The notes under the pieces were generated by a model. The model had not been told where the DNA came from, searched no databases, and worked only from the letters and a program-made list of their open reading frames with translations. The translations under genes were made by a program, and so were the position numbers. From an uncultured Bacillota bacterium (GTDB taxonomy: Bacteria > Bacillota > DTU025 > MWDF01), in contig CAWGMK010000010.1 of NCBI GenBank assembly GCA_963823655.1, positions 288,001 to 352,000 of the forward strand: 64,000 nucleotides of DNA. The letters run 5' to 3'. Shown in pieces: positions 10,162-21,129 of this stretch (positions are counted from its first letter, which is position 1; the number at the start of each line of letters is the position of its first letter).

Positions 10162-11922
10162 ATACATACGAATTCATTAAGCGCCTGATCCTCTACCGCC
10201 CTAAGCTCTACGTGGTAAACGCCTTGTCCTGGATCCTGATTCATACATACCCGGTCGTCCCGGGGCTGATAATAAGGGAGTTCTTCGATACTCTAAATGA
10301 GCAGTCGCGTCTTGATTTGGGCATATGGGGGCTTATAGCCCTTCTGGTAGCTACAACTGTTGCCCATATAGTAAACATCGTTGTAGGTGCGCTGGCAGAT
10401 ACCAACCACCGATTCTCCATGAGCGCGCTGCTTCGCCGCAATACCCTTGAAAGCATCCTTGCCTCCCCTGAAAACGCCCGGTCCAAGTCCATAGGCGAGG
10501 TGCTGAACATCTTCGAGGAGGACGGCAAACAGGTGGAGGATGCCATCAGCTGGTCAGTTGACATGATGGGAATGACGGGTTTCGCCGTAGTTTCTGCCGC
10601 CATACTCGTGAGAATAAGCCCCCAACTGACATTGATGGTATTCCTGCCCTTGATCATCGTTGTCATGATCGCCCAGTCTGCCAGCAAGCGATTGGAGAAG
10701 TACAGGAAGGAGAGCCGTAAGGCCACATCGCGTGTGACAGAGGCGATGGGGGAAGCCTTCAATTCAGTGCAGGCAATCAAAGTCGCCAGCGCTGAGGAGA
10801 GCGTGACCTGGCATCTGAAGCTGCTCGGGCAGAAAAGGAAGGATGCCATGCTTAAGGATAAGCTCCTCTCACGGATCCTCGACTCTGTCTTCGACAACAC
10901 CTCCAAAATCGGGACAGGGATTGTCCTCCTGCTGGCGGCGAGGCATTTGCAGCTGAAGACTCTCAGTGTCGGAGACTTTGCCCTTTTCGTATACTATCTG
11001 CAATACATTACTGAGTTCGCAGCGTTTTTCGGCTACTTCACTGTCCACATCAAGCAGACCGGCGTAGCGCTTGCCCGTTTCAGCAGCATTGTCGGAAAGC
11101 CTGAGGAACTTGTGGGGAACAATCCGCTGTATTCTTAGGGAAAAGCTTCCTAAGCTGCACTTCATTCGCCCGGATCAGTCCGACAGGCTCAAATCCCTTA
11201 CTGTTTGCGGGTTGACTGCGCGTCATTCGGATACTGGCCGGGGAGTACAAGATCTCAGTTTCGCCCTGGAAAGAGGGACATTCACTGTAATAACGGGGAA
11301 AGTCGGATCCGGCAAGACGACCTTAGTTAGAGCCCTGCTGGGCCTAATCCCGCTTGAAGCAGGGAAGATATATTGGAATGGCAAGGAAGTCCGCGATCCG
11401 CGCACTTTCTTCATGCCACCGCGCAGCGCATATGCTCCTCAGGTTCCGCACCTTTTCAGCGACAAGCTCAGGAATAACGTCCTGATGGGGCTTCCGGAGA
11501 ATGAGGTTGATTTAGAGGCCGCGGTTAAAGCGGCGGTACTGGAAGAAGATCTTCATGATCTTGAAAAGGGCATGGAGACGATTATTGGACCCAAGGGAAC
11601 AAAGCTTTCGGGCGGACAGCAACAGCGTACCGCCGTGGCCAGGATGCTTGTGCGCCAAACCGAGCTGCTGGTCTTCGATGATGTATCGAGCGCTTTGGAT
11701 GTAGAGACAGAAAAACAGCTATGGGAAGCTTTGGCTCAGAAATCGCAAGCCACATCCCTGGTAGTCTCGAATAGAAGAGGCGCAATAATGAGGGCGGATC
11801 AGGTACTTGTTATGGAGGACGGGAAGATTGTGGCCCAGGGCCGGCCTGAGAGGCTTTTGGAAACAAGCCCCGGACTTCGGGCGATTCTCGACGAGGTCGG
11901 CGAGGATGCCAGTATGCAATGA
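10158..11922 (+). CDS. ABC exporter, fused TMD-NBD subunit 2; frameshift near 11131
   Basis: TMD in ORF 10158-11138 joins NBD in ORF 11071-11922 (GKVGSGKT, LSGGQ, VFDDV); ATGA overlap with the upstream gene. Confidence 0.88.
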
Positions 11923-11977
11923 TTCCCCGCAGATTATGCGAATTGGGAGATTAGGGCGAAAACCCTAGCACAACATA

Positions 11978-12035
11978 AAAATGCTCCCTCCTCGGTAGAC
12001 AGCAGATTTAATAAGCTATCCCGGAGGGAGCATTT
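11978..12035 (+). mobile_element. Isolated IS3/IS150-like left-end remnant
   Basis: AAATGCTCCCTCC...GGTAGACAG...CTATCCCGGAGGGAGCATTT inverted repeat; homologous to the element at 24034-24092. Confidence 0.55.
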
Positions 12036-12088
12036 AGGATTCAAACTACACAGCGGCAATTGTTGTGCCGTTGTCTTCCGCCCGCTAT

Positions 12089-12337
12089 CTACTTCTTTAG
12101 TTCGGCCTTCTTCTGCCTATACTCATCATCGCTGATTTCGCCTTTGGCATAACGCTCAGCCAAGATCTCCAGCGCCCTGTTCGTATCTGCGCTATGGTCT
12201 TCGTACTTGTCGGAACAACAAGGCCTCCTGTGCCCGCTGATCGCATGCACAATCAAATATATTCCCAAGCAGACGAGCCCAACCGGCAATATCCAGCTTA
12301 AGCCCATTCCGTGCCATCCCCATCCCCAACCCATCAT
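12089..12337 (-). CDS. SHOCT-domain small membrane protein
   Basis: MMGWGWGW, one TM helix, ALEILAERYAKGEISDDEY; AAGGAGG RBS. Confidence 0.85.
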   Translation of the reverse strand: MMGWGWGWHGMGLSWILPVGLVCLGIYLIVHAISGHRRPCCSDKYEDHSADTNRALEILAERYAKGEISDDEYRQKKAELKK

Positions 12338-12524
12338 ATCAATGCGCCTCCTTTGAGTTACCATCTTCGTTATAGACCTTATTTGTGTAGATTTGATGAA
12401 GAAACAGAATGGTCAGAGTTTATGCACAGTAGTGAGACTTGGGCAGCATGCTTTAATAAGGTTCGAACTGGACAAGACACAGGTACAGCTCGGCTCGATC
12501 CGGGCTGTTGCAGGTCAGCACTAA

Positions 12525-12974
12525 TCATTTGGCTGTCCTTGGGTGACTGCTCAAGTTAGCCGCCATTTGAATGATAAAAAGAATGAGCATCACAATTCCC
12601 CATGAAACTGAAGATTTCCACGGCATGATAATAAATCCGTAGTTCATGGAATAGTAGAGGCACAAGTAGGGTACAGCCAGCTTCCAATGCTTTTTCATAT
12701 TCGTGCGGAAGTCAATTTTCAAATAATGATCATATGCCCATTCTAGGGCCAAAAACGCCAGGAAGATGGCCAAGAAAATCGAGTATTGAACGGATTGCCG
12801 CTCCAGCAGTGCAAGGACAATCCCGTAAGCTGCAGGAAATGCCAAAAGGAGGTATATCCAGCCGTAACGCTGGACAAGAATAAGCCTATTCTTCCGAGTG
12901 AGGAATATGGAAATCAAGAGCATGCTGTTTACCAATCCGAGCAGGAAGAAGAATTGCTTAAAATCCTGATGCAC
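12525..12974 (-). CDS. Hypothetical integral membrane protein
   Basis: 149 aa with several hydrophobic helices. Confidence 0.65.
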   Translation of the reverse strand: MHQDFKQFFFLLGLVNSMLLISIFLTRKNRLILVQRYGWIYLLLAFPAAYGIVLALLERQSVQYSIFLAIFLAFLALEWAYDHYLKIDFRTNMKKHWKLAVPYLCLYYSMNYGFIIMPWKSSVSWGIVMLILFIIQMAANLSSHPRTAK

Positions 12975-13308
12975 CTCTTGAACTTTACTTAATTGTCTCC
13001 TCTTTTGCTGCGGCTCTCTTCAAAATTCCTTCGATCTGCGATGCCGGGAGTTAGCATGAATGGTCGATTTTGCGAATTATCCGGATTTCTTGAAGGCTTC
13101 TACAATGTAAAGCAGAATCCTTCATAAACAGAATATATCTATGATATAGACATTCGTCGCCGCAACCCTCCGGCTAAATGCATAAACGGGAGGAAAGGGG
13201 TGAAATCAATATCGAGAGGAATGCTTCAAGGCAAACAGAAGGCACAATGACATCGGTGATGAGAGACTATGCTGATCAATGAATTTCTAGCTCTTTAGAG
13301 GTGATGAA

Positions 13309-13731
13309 ATGGCTGAAATGAAGGCTGAGCTTATTGCCCCTTGCGGTATGAACTGCAGACTTTGCCTTGCTTACCAAAGGGATAAGAAACGCTGCACTGG
13401 GTGCCGCAGGGAAGACGCATATGAGAGGAGCTATGGTTTGAGATGCGTTATCAGAAACTGTCAGACCGTTAAGGACAGCATCTCGGGATATTGCTATGAA
13501 TGTGGCAAGTTCCCCTGTAAACGGCTTAAACAACTGGATAAGCGATATAAAACCAAATACGGCATGAGCATGATAGAAAACCTTGGGGCGATCAAGCTGC
13601 TTGGCATGGAGGCATTCTTACGACAAGAGGAAGTGCGGTGGACTTGTGCGGATTGTGGGAATACTATCTGCGTACACCGAAAGGCTTGTCCGACATGCAG
13701 ATCAATAAGGAGTAGCCCTTTGCCTTCGTAG
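13309..13731 (+). CDS. DUF3795-like Cys-rich protein
   Basis: IAPCGMNCRLC, CTGC, CVIRNC, CYECGKFPC, C-terminal CADC...CPTC. Confidence 0.85.
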   Translation: MAEMKAELIAPCGMNCRLCLAYQRDKKRCTGCRREDAYERSYGLRCVIRNCQTVKDSISGYCYECGKFPCKRLKQLDKRYKTKYGMSMIENLGAIKLLGMEAFLRQEEVRWTCADCGNTICVHRKACPTCRSIRSSPLPS

Positions 13732-13780
13732 CGGAGATTGTATACAAAATGTGATATCAAGCTTTCAAAGGAGGCCAAAG

Positions 13781-14770
13781 ATGATAGGTAACTCCAATCC
13801 AATCTCAAAACACTTCTCACTGGAGCTTTTGGCAGATGGTGTATATGCAGCTATTCATACCGACGGAGGGGCTGCGATATGTAATGCGGGATTGATTGAC
13901 TTGGGCAACCTGCTTGTAGTGTTTGATACGTTCCTAACGGCCCAGGCTGCCAGAGACCTGCGGCTTTTCTCAATCAATGAATTTGGAATAGCACCTCAAC
14001 TTGTCATCAATAGCCACTACCATAATGACCATACCTGGGGCAACCAGGTATTTGTCCCGGATGCCCAGATAATTTCCAACACAATTACGCGCCGGCTCTT
14101 CGAAACGGAAGGCAGGGAAGAGCAGGAATGGTATAGGGACAATTCAGCACAGCAGCTGCAGGTTATGCGTGAGAGATTTCAGAACGCGAAAGATGAGCAT
14201 GAGCGAAAAGGACTGCTTGGCATGCTCGGGTATTACGAGGGCTTGGTTGAATCAATGCCTACTTTTGTGGCCTGCAAAGCCAACATCACCTTCGAAGGCA
14301 AATTGGATTTCTGCGGGAAAAGGAGATCCGCCGAGCTAATAAGCTTCGCAGGCGCTCACACGAGCAGCGACGCTGTACTGTTTCTACCTGCAGACGGAAT
14401 AATCTTTATGGGCGATCTCCTGTTTGTAAAGGCACACCCCTACCTTTCCGAAGGCAATCCGCTAAAGCTCATTGAGGCTCTGCAAGCAATATCCGGTTGG
14501 GGGGCATCCTGTTACGTTCCCGGCCACGGCGGCATCGGCACAAGTGAAGATGTTGCGTTGCTCATTGAATACGTTCAGTACTGCATAGAGTCGACAAAAG
14601 AGGTCATAGATAAGGGCTCCGGAAGGGAAGGGCTTAAAAATATCGGTATTCCGGACAAGTTCGCCAATTGGCAGATGCCACAAATGTTCCAAGGGAATCT
14701 TAAAGCCATCTATGAGAACATATTGGCAGCTGACATGCAAAGGGCAACTTCAGGCCCTACTCCAATGTAG
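13781..14770 (+). CDS. Metallo-beta-lactamase-fold hydrolase (cyclase-like)
   Basis: NSHYHNDHTWGN, AHTSSD, MGDL, VPGHG; AAGGAGG RBS. Confidence 0.88.
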   Translation: MIGNSNPISKHFSLELLADGVYAAIHTDGGAAICNAGLIDLGNLLVVFDTFLTAQAARDLRLFSINEFGIAPQLVINSHYHNDHTWGNQVFVPDAQIISNTITRRLFETEGREEQEWYRDNSAQQLQVMRERFQNAKDEHERKGLLGMLGYYEGLVESMPTFVACKANITFEGKLDFCGKRRSAELISFAGAHTSSDAVLFLPADGIIFMGDLLFVKAHPYLSEGNPLKLIEALQAISGWGASCYVPGHGGIGTSEDVALLIEYVQYCIESTKEVIDKGSGREGLKNIGIPDKFANWQMPQMFQGNLKAIYENILAADMQRATSGPTPM

Positions 14771-14980
14771 AGCATTCTTACCGCATCTGACTGTGGAATT
14801 GCCACAAATACATTATTAAGAAGAATCAGCAGGGCATCCCCACGTCAAAAGGGCTGTTAAAGTGCGCTTTATTGAACGATGGCAGTCGGATATGAATTAG
14901 AATATAATTAAAAGGATAGCGACCAATAATTGCAGCATAAGCACATTTGGTTGATTTCGGAATTTCGGGAGGTAAATTCC

Positions 14981-15637
14981 TTGGATAAGACATATTTCAA
15001 CCCGGGTTGCGCCTTGAGTATTTACAAGCCCGAAATGGAGATAAAGGTACTGAAGTATCTTAGAGACAACCTTGGGGAAGTAGAGCTTCATAAGATCTGC
15101 TGCAGGCATGAGCCGAGGCTCGAGTCCGGCTCGACCATTATAAACGTATGCGCAGGCTGTGACAGGCGATTCAGGAGCCTTTACGAGGGTATTTCGACGA
15201 TATCGCTCTGGGAAGTAATTGATAGCTCCGACACATTCAACTTTCCCGACTATGGCGGTCTGAAGATGTCAGTTCATGACGCTTGCCCTGTCAGGGAACG
15301 CTCCCAGGTGCACATTGCAGTCCGTAACCTTCTAAAGAAGATGAATATCACCGTCATAGAGACCGAATTTCATGGAACAAAGTCGGTTTGCTGCGGAGAC
15401 GATTTCTACCCTGCTTTGCCTGTCGAGAAAGTCCATCAGTACATGCAGGCGAGGGCCTCATCAATGCCCTGCCAGGATGTATGCGTCTATTGTGTATCCT
15501 GCATCAAATCCATGTATTTGGGGGGCAGGACGCCCAGGCATTTGATGGACCTTCTGCTAGGCGAGACCACCGAACCTCAAATATACGACACGCAGCAATG
15601 GCATGAGCAGCTTCAAGATTACATCGACGCCCATTAG
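14981..15637 (+). CDS. Stand-alone CCG / cysteine-rich Fe-S binding protein
   Basis: YFNPGC, ICC, CAGC, HDACP, CCG, YCVSC; GGGAGG RBS before TTG 14981. Confidence 0.8.
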   Translation: MDKTYFNPGCALSIYKPEMEIKVLKYLRDNLGEVELHKICCRHEPRLESGSTIINVCAGCDRRFRSLYEGISTISLWEVIDSSDTFNFPDYGGLKMSVHDACPVRERSQVHIAVRNLLKKMNITVIETEFHGTKSVCCGDDFYPALPVEKVHQYMQARASSMPCQDVCVYCVSCIKSMYLGGRTPRHLMDLLLGETTEPQIYDTQQWHEQLQDYIDAH

Positions 15638-15748
15638 GTAAGATGATTCCCTAGATGGTTGCGTAACTGGCATATTTGAATCGAAGGTGTGCTTTCCAAG
15701 GAGTCTTTGAGTAAGACTGCCAATAAGCCCCCCCGATTAAGTGAGTAT

Positions 15749-16977
15749 CTAAGCTTTGGTGCTTCCGCCGGCGAAACGACGGATCATATCATAGGCGCGG
15801 TTTACTGCGATTGTGCTCATATATTCCTTGTCGCGGCTGGTTGGGTAGTTATATGAGCCCTGCTCTGTTTCACGCCGTCTGTGACCGTGAAGTATGCCGC
15901 AGCCTTATCCCTGATAATGCCAACACCAATATCTGCACCGGACTTCTTGTGCATGGTATTTGCCATTTCACCGGCTACTTGGCTCAGATGCGACTCATCA
16001 TGGTTTTGAAATGACGATCCCAAATCCATGATTGCCAGCATATCCCCTATGTTTGATGCCGTTATGCCGGGCTTCAGTACGTTTGCGCCCCCTGCACGTC
16101 AAACAACCTCTTTGCTGCAAGGCCGCCCGTGCTGACCTCGGCGAATGCCACGGTCTTTCCTTTTTCGGCCAACAGTTCGACAATGTGCTGTTCCAATGAA
16201 TCGATATCGATCTCCATATGCGAAAATCCCTAGCCTGCGCTTAACTTCCTCAACTGCGGGATCAATCAGGGCATAAGCGGCAGCTTCATCATGGGCTTTC
16301 GCAGTAACCCGGACGATACACTCGCCGGATTTGGCATAAGGCGCCAAGGTTGGGTTTGTCATCGATTCCATCATGTCGAGCAGCTTTGCCTCCATGGCTG
16401 ATTCCCCGATGCCTATTACCCTGACTACGCGAGATACCAGGATATCTTCGGACAGTTTCCTTAGATACGGCCTTACCAGGTTGTTGAACATTGGCTCCAT
16501 CTCGCGCGGGGGGCCCGGCATCATTATCGCGATCTTGCCGCCTTCGTCTTCGATGATGCAACCCGGGGCCGTGCCTTGAGGATTCTTTAGTACTATGCAA
16601 CCTTCTGGCATCATCGCCTGCTTCTTGTTGTTGTCGGTCATCGGGCGGTTGATGTGCGCGAAGAAGCCTTCAAGCTCCTTCAGGGATTCCTCGTGCATGA
16701 TAAGCTTTCTGCCGTAGCTTGCGGCAACTGTTTCCTTTGTCAGGTCGTCATATGTCGGGCCGAGTCCGCCCGTAGTTATTACAATGTCGGCCCGCCCTTT
16801 GGCAATAGAGAGGACTTGCCCCAGCCGTTCAGGGTTGTCTCCCGCAACGGTCTGGTAGAATACGTTTATGCCCAGATTGGCCAAGCCGCGCGAAATATAC
16901 TGGGCATTAGTGTTTACTATGTCCCCAAGCAGCAGTTCAGTGCCGACGCATACGATCTCACAGGATATATTGCTCAA
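15749..16977 (-). CDS. cinA: Competence/damage-inducible protein CinA; C-terminal domain divergent and frameshifted
   Basis: VGTELLLG, TGGLGPTYDDLT, GTAPG, PGPPREM. C-terminus AEVSTGG...ADIGVGI...AYDMIRR recovered across frameshifts near 16210, 16085 and 15825. Confidence 0.85.
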
Positions 16978-17204
16978 AATAACAACTCCCCATGCCAGTA
17001 TGGAAATGATAGGTCGATATTTCCTTGCTTCTTTATATCATATCCATGAGCGTCGGCGGAGGGCGAAAATTTCTCTTCAGTAAGCTTGCATCCGGGCACA
17101 ATCCCCGATTTCTTCCGGCAAATGATTAGAAGGCGCGAATTCCGATTATTCGCGCCTTCTTTATCCAATTTCACATCCACGAAGTACCTTGAGGAGATGA
17201 TATC

Positions 17205-18119
17205 CTATGCGACGATCCCCTGCAGTTCCTGCACGCCGTTGATTGTCAATGTGCTTACTTCTCTCGAAATCCTTCTTATCATTCCCGTGAGGGTCTTGCC
17301 CGGCCCGATCTCGACGAAACTGTCATAGCCCGACTTGATCAGCTCCTCAACGAGCCCCTGCCAGCGCACCGCGCTGAGCATTTGCAAAGGCAGGTACTCC
17401 TCCGGCTGCGACTCGAAAGACATTGCAGAGCAAGTGACATTGGAGAATACGTCCAGGCCCGGCTGCTCGAATTTCATGCCGTCCAGGCTAGTCGCGAACT
17501 CACCTGCTGCCCTTCTCATCAGTTCGCTGTGGAAAGCAGCATTCACATTCAGCCTTACTGCCTTGTGACCCTCTTCCGTGCATGCGGCCGCCGCCCTGAT
17601 GCATGCAGCTTCTTCGCCTGCGATGACTATCTGCCCGGGGCAATTGAAGTTGACCATCTCGACATAGCCTGTCACAGTGGACAGAATCGACGAAAGCTTC
17701 TCCTCAGTTGCGCCCATCACGGCAAACATAGCACCAGAGCTGGCTTCGGCCTCCTTTTGCATAGTATTGGCCCTCGCTGCTATCATCTTTGCGGAATCAT
17801 CCAAATTCAGGGCTCCTGCCGCGCAAATTGCGGTACATTCACCAAGGGAGAATCCTGCCATCGCGTCCGCCTTGCCGCCCATCTTCTTGTAAGCAATATA
17901 ACCTGCTAAGCTGTGAGCGAATATCGCAGGCTGTGCGATTCCGGTCCTGCTCAGACCATCTGTCCGGGATCCGAAACTGGCATCCGCCACGTCAAATCCT
18001 ACTGCATCCGATATCCTGGAATAGAGGTCGCGTACCTCGTCGAACTGCTCGTAGAGATCCTTTCCCATCCCATCGTATTGAGCCCCCTGGCCGGGGAACA
18101 CTATAGCTGTTTTACCCAC
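17205..18119 (-). CDS. fabD: Malonyl-CoA:ACP transacylase
   Basis: FPGQGAQ, GFSLGE, NFNCPGQ, AFHS, EIGPGKTL. Confidence 0.95.
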   Translation of the reverse strand: MGKTAIVFPGQGAQYDGMGKDLYEQFDEVRDLYSRISDAVGFDVADASFGSRTDGLSRTGIAQPAIFAHSLAGYIAYKKMGGKADAMAGFSLGECTAICAAGALNLDDSAKMIAARANTMQKEAEASSGAMFAVMGATEEKLSSILSTVTGYVEMVNFNCPGQIVIAGEEAACIRAAAACTEEGHKAVRLNVNAAFHSELMRRAAGEFATSLDGMKFEQPGLDVFSNVTCSAMSFESQPEEYLPLQMLSAVRWQGLVEELIKSGYDSFVEIGPGKTLTGMIRRISREVSTLTINGVQELQGIVA

Positions 18120-18193
18120 TTAAGCTGCACCTTCCTTATAAGTATCATTCATTTGGCCACATTTCTCTTGACGACCGTTTTTAATCCTAATAT

Positions 18194-18226
18194 AGTTTGA
18201 ATATCGTACAATTTGATATTCAAATG
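18194..18226. promoter_or_regulatory. Tandem FabT-like (MarR) operator boxes in the divergent fabD/fabH promoter
   Basis: AGTTTGAATATCGTACA and AATTTGATATTCAAATG; together a perfect 10-bp inverted repeat TTTGAATATC-N9-GATATTCAAA. Confidence 0.6.
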
Positions 18227-18263
18227 TTACGGCGCGAAGCCGGATTAGGCAAGAGGTGATTTT

Positions 18264-19250
18264 TTGAAGGCCTCGATAGCGGGTACTGGAAGCTACTTAC
18301 CGTCACGGATAGTGGACAACGCCGAAATGGCAAAGCTCGTAGACACCACAGACGAGTGGATAACTACGAGGACAGGGATTAAGCAGAGGCGCTACAGCGA
18401 GGGAGAAAGCACCTGGCAGATGGCGGAGAAAGCAGGGCTTGCCGCGCTGAAAAGCGCAAACATAGACGCCAAGGATCTGGACTTGATTATTGTTAGTACG
18501 GTGACGCCGGATTATTACACGCCTTCGATGTCTTGCCTGTTACAAGGCAGATTGGGCGCGAAAAAAGCTGCGGCATTCGATATAAATGCGGCATGCAGCG
18601 GCTTTGCCTACGGCCTCGACGTTGCTTGCCGTTACATCGAGTCCGGCAGGAGCAGGAATATTCTTCTTATATGCGCGGAGACGCTCACCAAGATAACCGA
18701 TTTCACGGACAGGAACACCTGTGTCCTGTTCGGGGACGGTGCCGGCGCCGTTGTGCTCACAGCCTCAGAGTCAGGCGGCGTACTAGACACATACATTGCC
18801 GCCGACGGGACGGGGGCAGCCATGCTTACATCAAAGGCGCTCCCCTCGATAAACCCCATTTGTGCAGACCCCGGCCCGGACATACTGGATTCCCGCCCCG
18901 ACCGCTTCATAGCGATGGACGGCAAGGAAGTATACAAGTTCGCGGTCAGCGCCATGCCAGACGCCATGGACAGGGTGCTTGCATCTGCCGGGCGCAGCAT
19001 CGCTGAGGTGGACCACATAATACCCCATCAGGCAAACGCCAGGATAATCGAGTCCGTAATCGCAAAATATGGGTTGGATCCCGCAAAAGTACTAATAACG
19101 CTGGACAAGTATGGCAATACATCCAGTGCGAGCATACCGATAGGCCTGGACGAGCTGAACAAAGAAGGCAAATTGAAACGCGGGGATCTTATCCTCGTAG
19201 TCGGATTCGGTGCGGGCCTTACTTATGCCTCAGCGCTAATTCAGTGGTAG
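18264..19250 (+). CDS. fabH: 3-oxoacyl-ACP synthase III
   Basis: GTGSYLP, AACSGF, LFGDGAGA, PHQAN, GNTSSAS. Confidence 0.96.
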   Translation: MKASIAGTGSYLPSRIVDNAEMAKLVDTTDEWITTRTGIKQRRYSEGESTWQMAEKAGLAALKSANIDAKDLDLIIVSTVTPDYYTPSMSCLLQGRLGAKKAAAFDINAACSGFAYGLDVACRYIESGRSRNILLICAETLTKITDFTDRNTCVLFGDGAGAVVLTASESGGVLDTYIAADGTGAAMLTSKALPSINPICADPGPDILDSRPDRFIAMDGKEVYKFAVSAMPDAMDRVLASAGRSIAEVDHIIPHQANARIIESVIAKYGLDPAKVLITLDKYGNTSSASIPIGLDELNKEGKLKRGDLILVVGFGAGLTYASALIQW

Positions 19251-19255
19251 GAGGA

Positions 19256-20218
19256 ATGGATTTGCATACCAGAGTGACAAAACTGCTGGGAATAGAACAC
19301 CCGGTATTGCAGGGCGGGATGGCCTGGGTCGCAGACGCAGGGCTTGCGGCCGCAGTATCTGAAGCAGGAGGCCTTGGAATAATCGCGGGCGGAGCTGCCC
19401 CGGCGGACATCATAAGAGCCGAGATAAGAAAGGCCAAGCAGCTTACAAGCAAGCCCTTCGGCCTGAATATAATGCTTATGAGCCCGTTTGCGGACGAGCT
19501 GGCGGTACTTGCGATTGAAGAGAAGGTCGCCGTCGTCACAACCGGTGCGGGCAGCCCCGGCAAGCATATTGCAGGCTGGAAGGATGCAGGCATTAAAGTC
19601 ATACCGGTAGTGCCGTCTGTAGCGCTTGCGCTTCGCATGGAGCGCATGGGAGCAGATGCTGTAATTGCCGAGGGGACAGAATCAGGCGGGCATATCGGAG
19701 AGTCTACGACCATGGCGCTTGTGCCGCAGGTGGCCGACGCGGTCTCCATACCTGTTATCGCGGCAGGCGGCATCGCTGACGGCCGGGGTATGGCCGCTGC
19801 CCTATGCCTGGGAGCTGAAGCCGTACAGTGCGGCACATGCTTCCTGGTAGCCACCGAATGCTGCATTCACCCGGACTATAAGGCGAAGGTGCTCAAAGCC
19901 GGCGATACAGACACCATAGTCACAGGAAGAAGCGTCGGAAGGCCTGTTAGGTCTTTGAGGACGCCGTTTTCAAGGCAGTTCGCGGACATGGAAAGAGGAG
20001 GAGCCACTGCTGACGAGCTGGAGGTAGCAGCGGCCGGTTCGCTTAGGTGCGCAGTCAAGGATGGGAATCTGACCACTGGCACTTTCATGGCAGGACAGGT
20101 AGCGGGCCTTGTCAAGAGGGAAGATACCTGCAAAGGCATCATATTGGGCCTGGTAGAGGGCGCCGAGCTGGCATTGAAGGATGCCGCGATCAGTTTTGAA
20201 GGCGGGGCGGGGAGATGA
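19256..20218 (+). CDS. fabK: Enoyl-ACP reductase II
   Basis: LQGGMAWVA, EGTESGGHIG, AAGGIADGRG, MAGQVAG; located in the fab cluster. Confidence 0.92.
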   Translation: MDLHTRVTKLLGIEHPVLQGGMAWVADAGLAAAVSEAGGLGIIAGGAAPADIIRAEIRKAKQLTSKPFGLNIMLMSPFADELAVLAIEEKVAVVTTGAGSPGKHIAGWKDAGIKVIPVVPSVALALRMERMGADAVIAEGTESGGHIGESTTMALVPQVADAVSIPVIAAGGIADGRGMAAALCLGAEAVQCGTCFLVATECCIHPDYKAKVLKAGDTDTIVTGRSVGRPVRSLRTPFSRQFADMERGGATADELEVAAAGSLRCAVKDGNLTTGTFMAGQVAGLVKREDTCKGIILGLVEGAELALKDAAISFEGGAGR

Positions 20219-21120
20219 CTACCGAAATGACGGCTAATAACCCTGAACAAAAGACCGATCATTTGGGTATTTGCATGGATGCCTCAGAGGATGCGGCTAA
20301 AAGCGCGGCTTCAACACCCGCCCAGGCCTCAATGCCGCACTCAGGGACCCGTTTGGCACCGGGCGAAGTTCAGACTGCGATAGTCACGGGTGCGACCAAG
20401 GGCATCGGCCTTGCCATTGCCAAAAGGCTTGCTGCGTACGGTATGAACATCCTCATGAACTACAGATCCGACGAAGCCCGCGCAGAGCTTGCCCGAACAG
20501 AGGCGCAGGAAGCGGCCAAAGCAGCGGGCCAGACACAAAATGTCGTTATCACCTGCAAAGCGGATGTCTCAGACCCTGCCGAGTGCGAGGGCCTTGTCAA
20601 AGCGGCCATGGAAAATTTCGGCAGGGTGGATGTGCTGATAAATAACGCAGGCATCACAAAAGACGGGCTTCTTATGAGAATGAGCACGGAGTCGTTCGAA
20701 GAAGTCATCAAGAACAATTTGAGCTCCGCATTTTTTATGAGCAGGGCGGTCGCCCCGATCATGCTTAAGGCAAGGCGCGGCGCAATCGTCAACATCTCCT
20801 CTGTCGCAGGCACGAAGGGCAACCCCGGCCAGTCCAACTACTCGGCCTCCAAGGCGGGCATGATAGGGCTGACACTAACTACTGCCAAGGAGCTGGGCTC
20901 GCGCGGGATAAGGGTTAATGCGGTAGCGCCGGGCTTCATAGAGACGGATATGACAGGCAAGCTTAGCGATGCGCTCGTCGACAAGGCCAGGCAATCCATC
21001 TCGCTAGGCAGGCTCGGTAAACCGGAGGAGGTTGCTGAGCTGGTCCTTTTCCTTTCTACAGATGCCTCCTCATATATTACGGGACAAGTTATCGCCGCAG
21101 ACGGCGGCTTAGTCATTTAG
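20215..21120 (+). CDS. fabG: 3-oxoacyl-ACP reductase with N-terminal extension
   Basis: [29 protein letters not shown]. Confidence 0.93.
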   Translation: MTTEMTANNPEQKTDHLGICMDASEDAAKSAASTPAQASMPHSGTRLAPGEVQTAIVTGATKGIGLAIAKRLAAYGMNILMNYRSDEARAELARTEAQEAAKAAGQTQNVVITCKADVSDPAECEGLVKAAMENFGRVDVLINNAGITKDGLLMRMSTESFEEVIKNNLSSAFFMSRAVAPIMLKARRGAIVNISSVAGTKGNPGQSNYSASKAGMIGLTLTTAKELGSRGIRVNAVAPGFIETDMTGKLSDALVDKARQSISLGRLGKPEEVAELVLFLSTDASSYITGQVIAADGGLVI

Positions 21121-21129
21121 GAGGGTCAG

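Noticed and set aside
15722-15750. AAGCCCCCCCGATTAAGTGAG as a possible IS end
   Set aside because: No partner repeat or transposase trace; it abuts the reconstructed cinA stop
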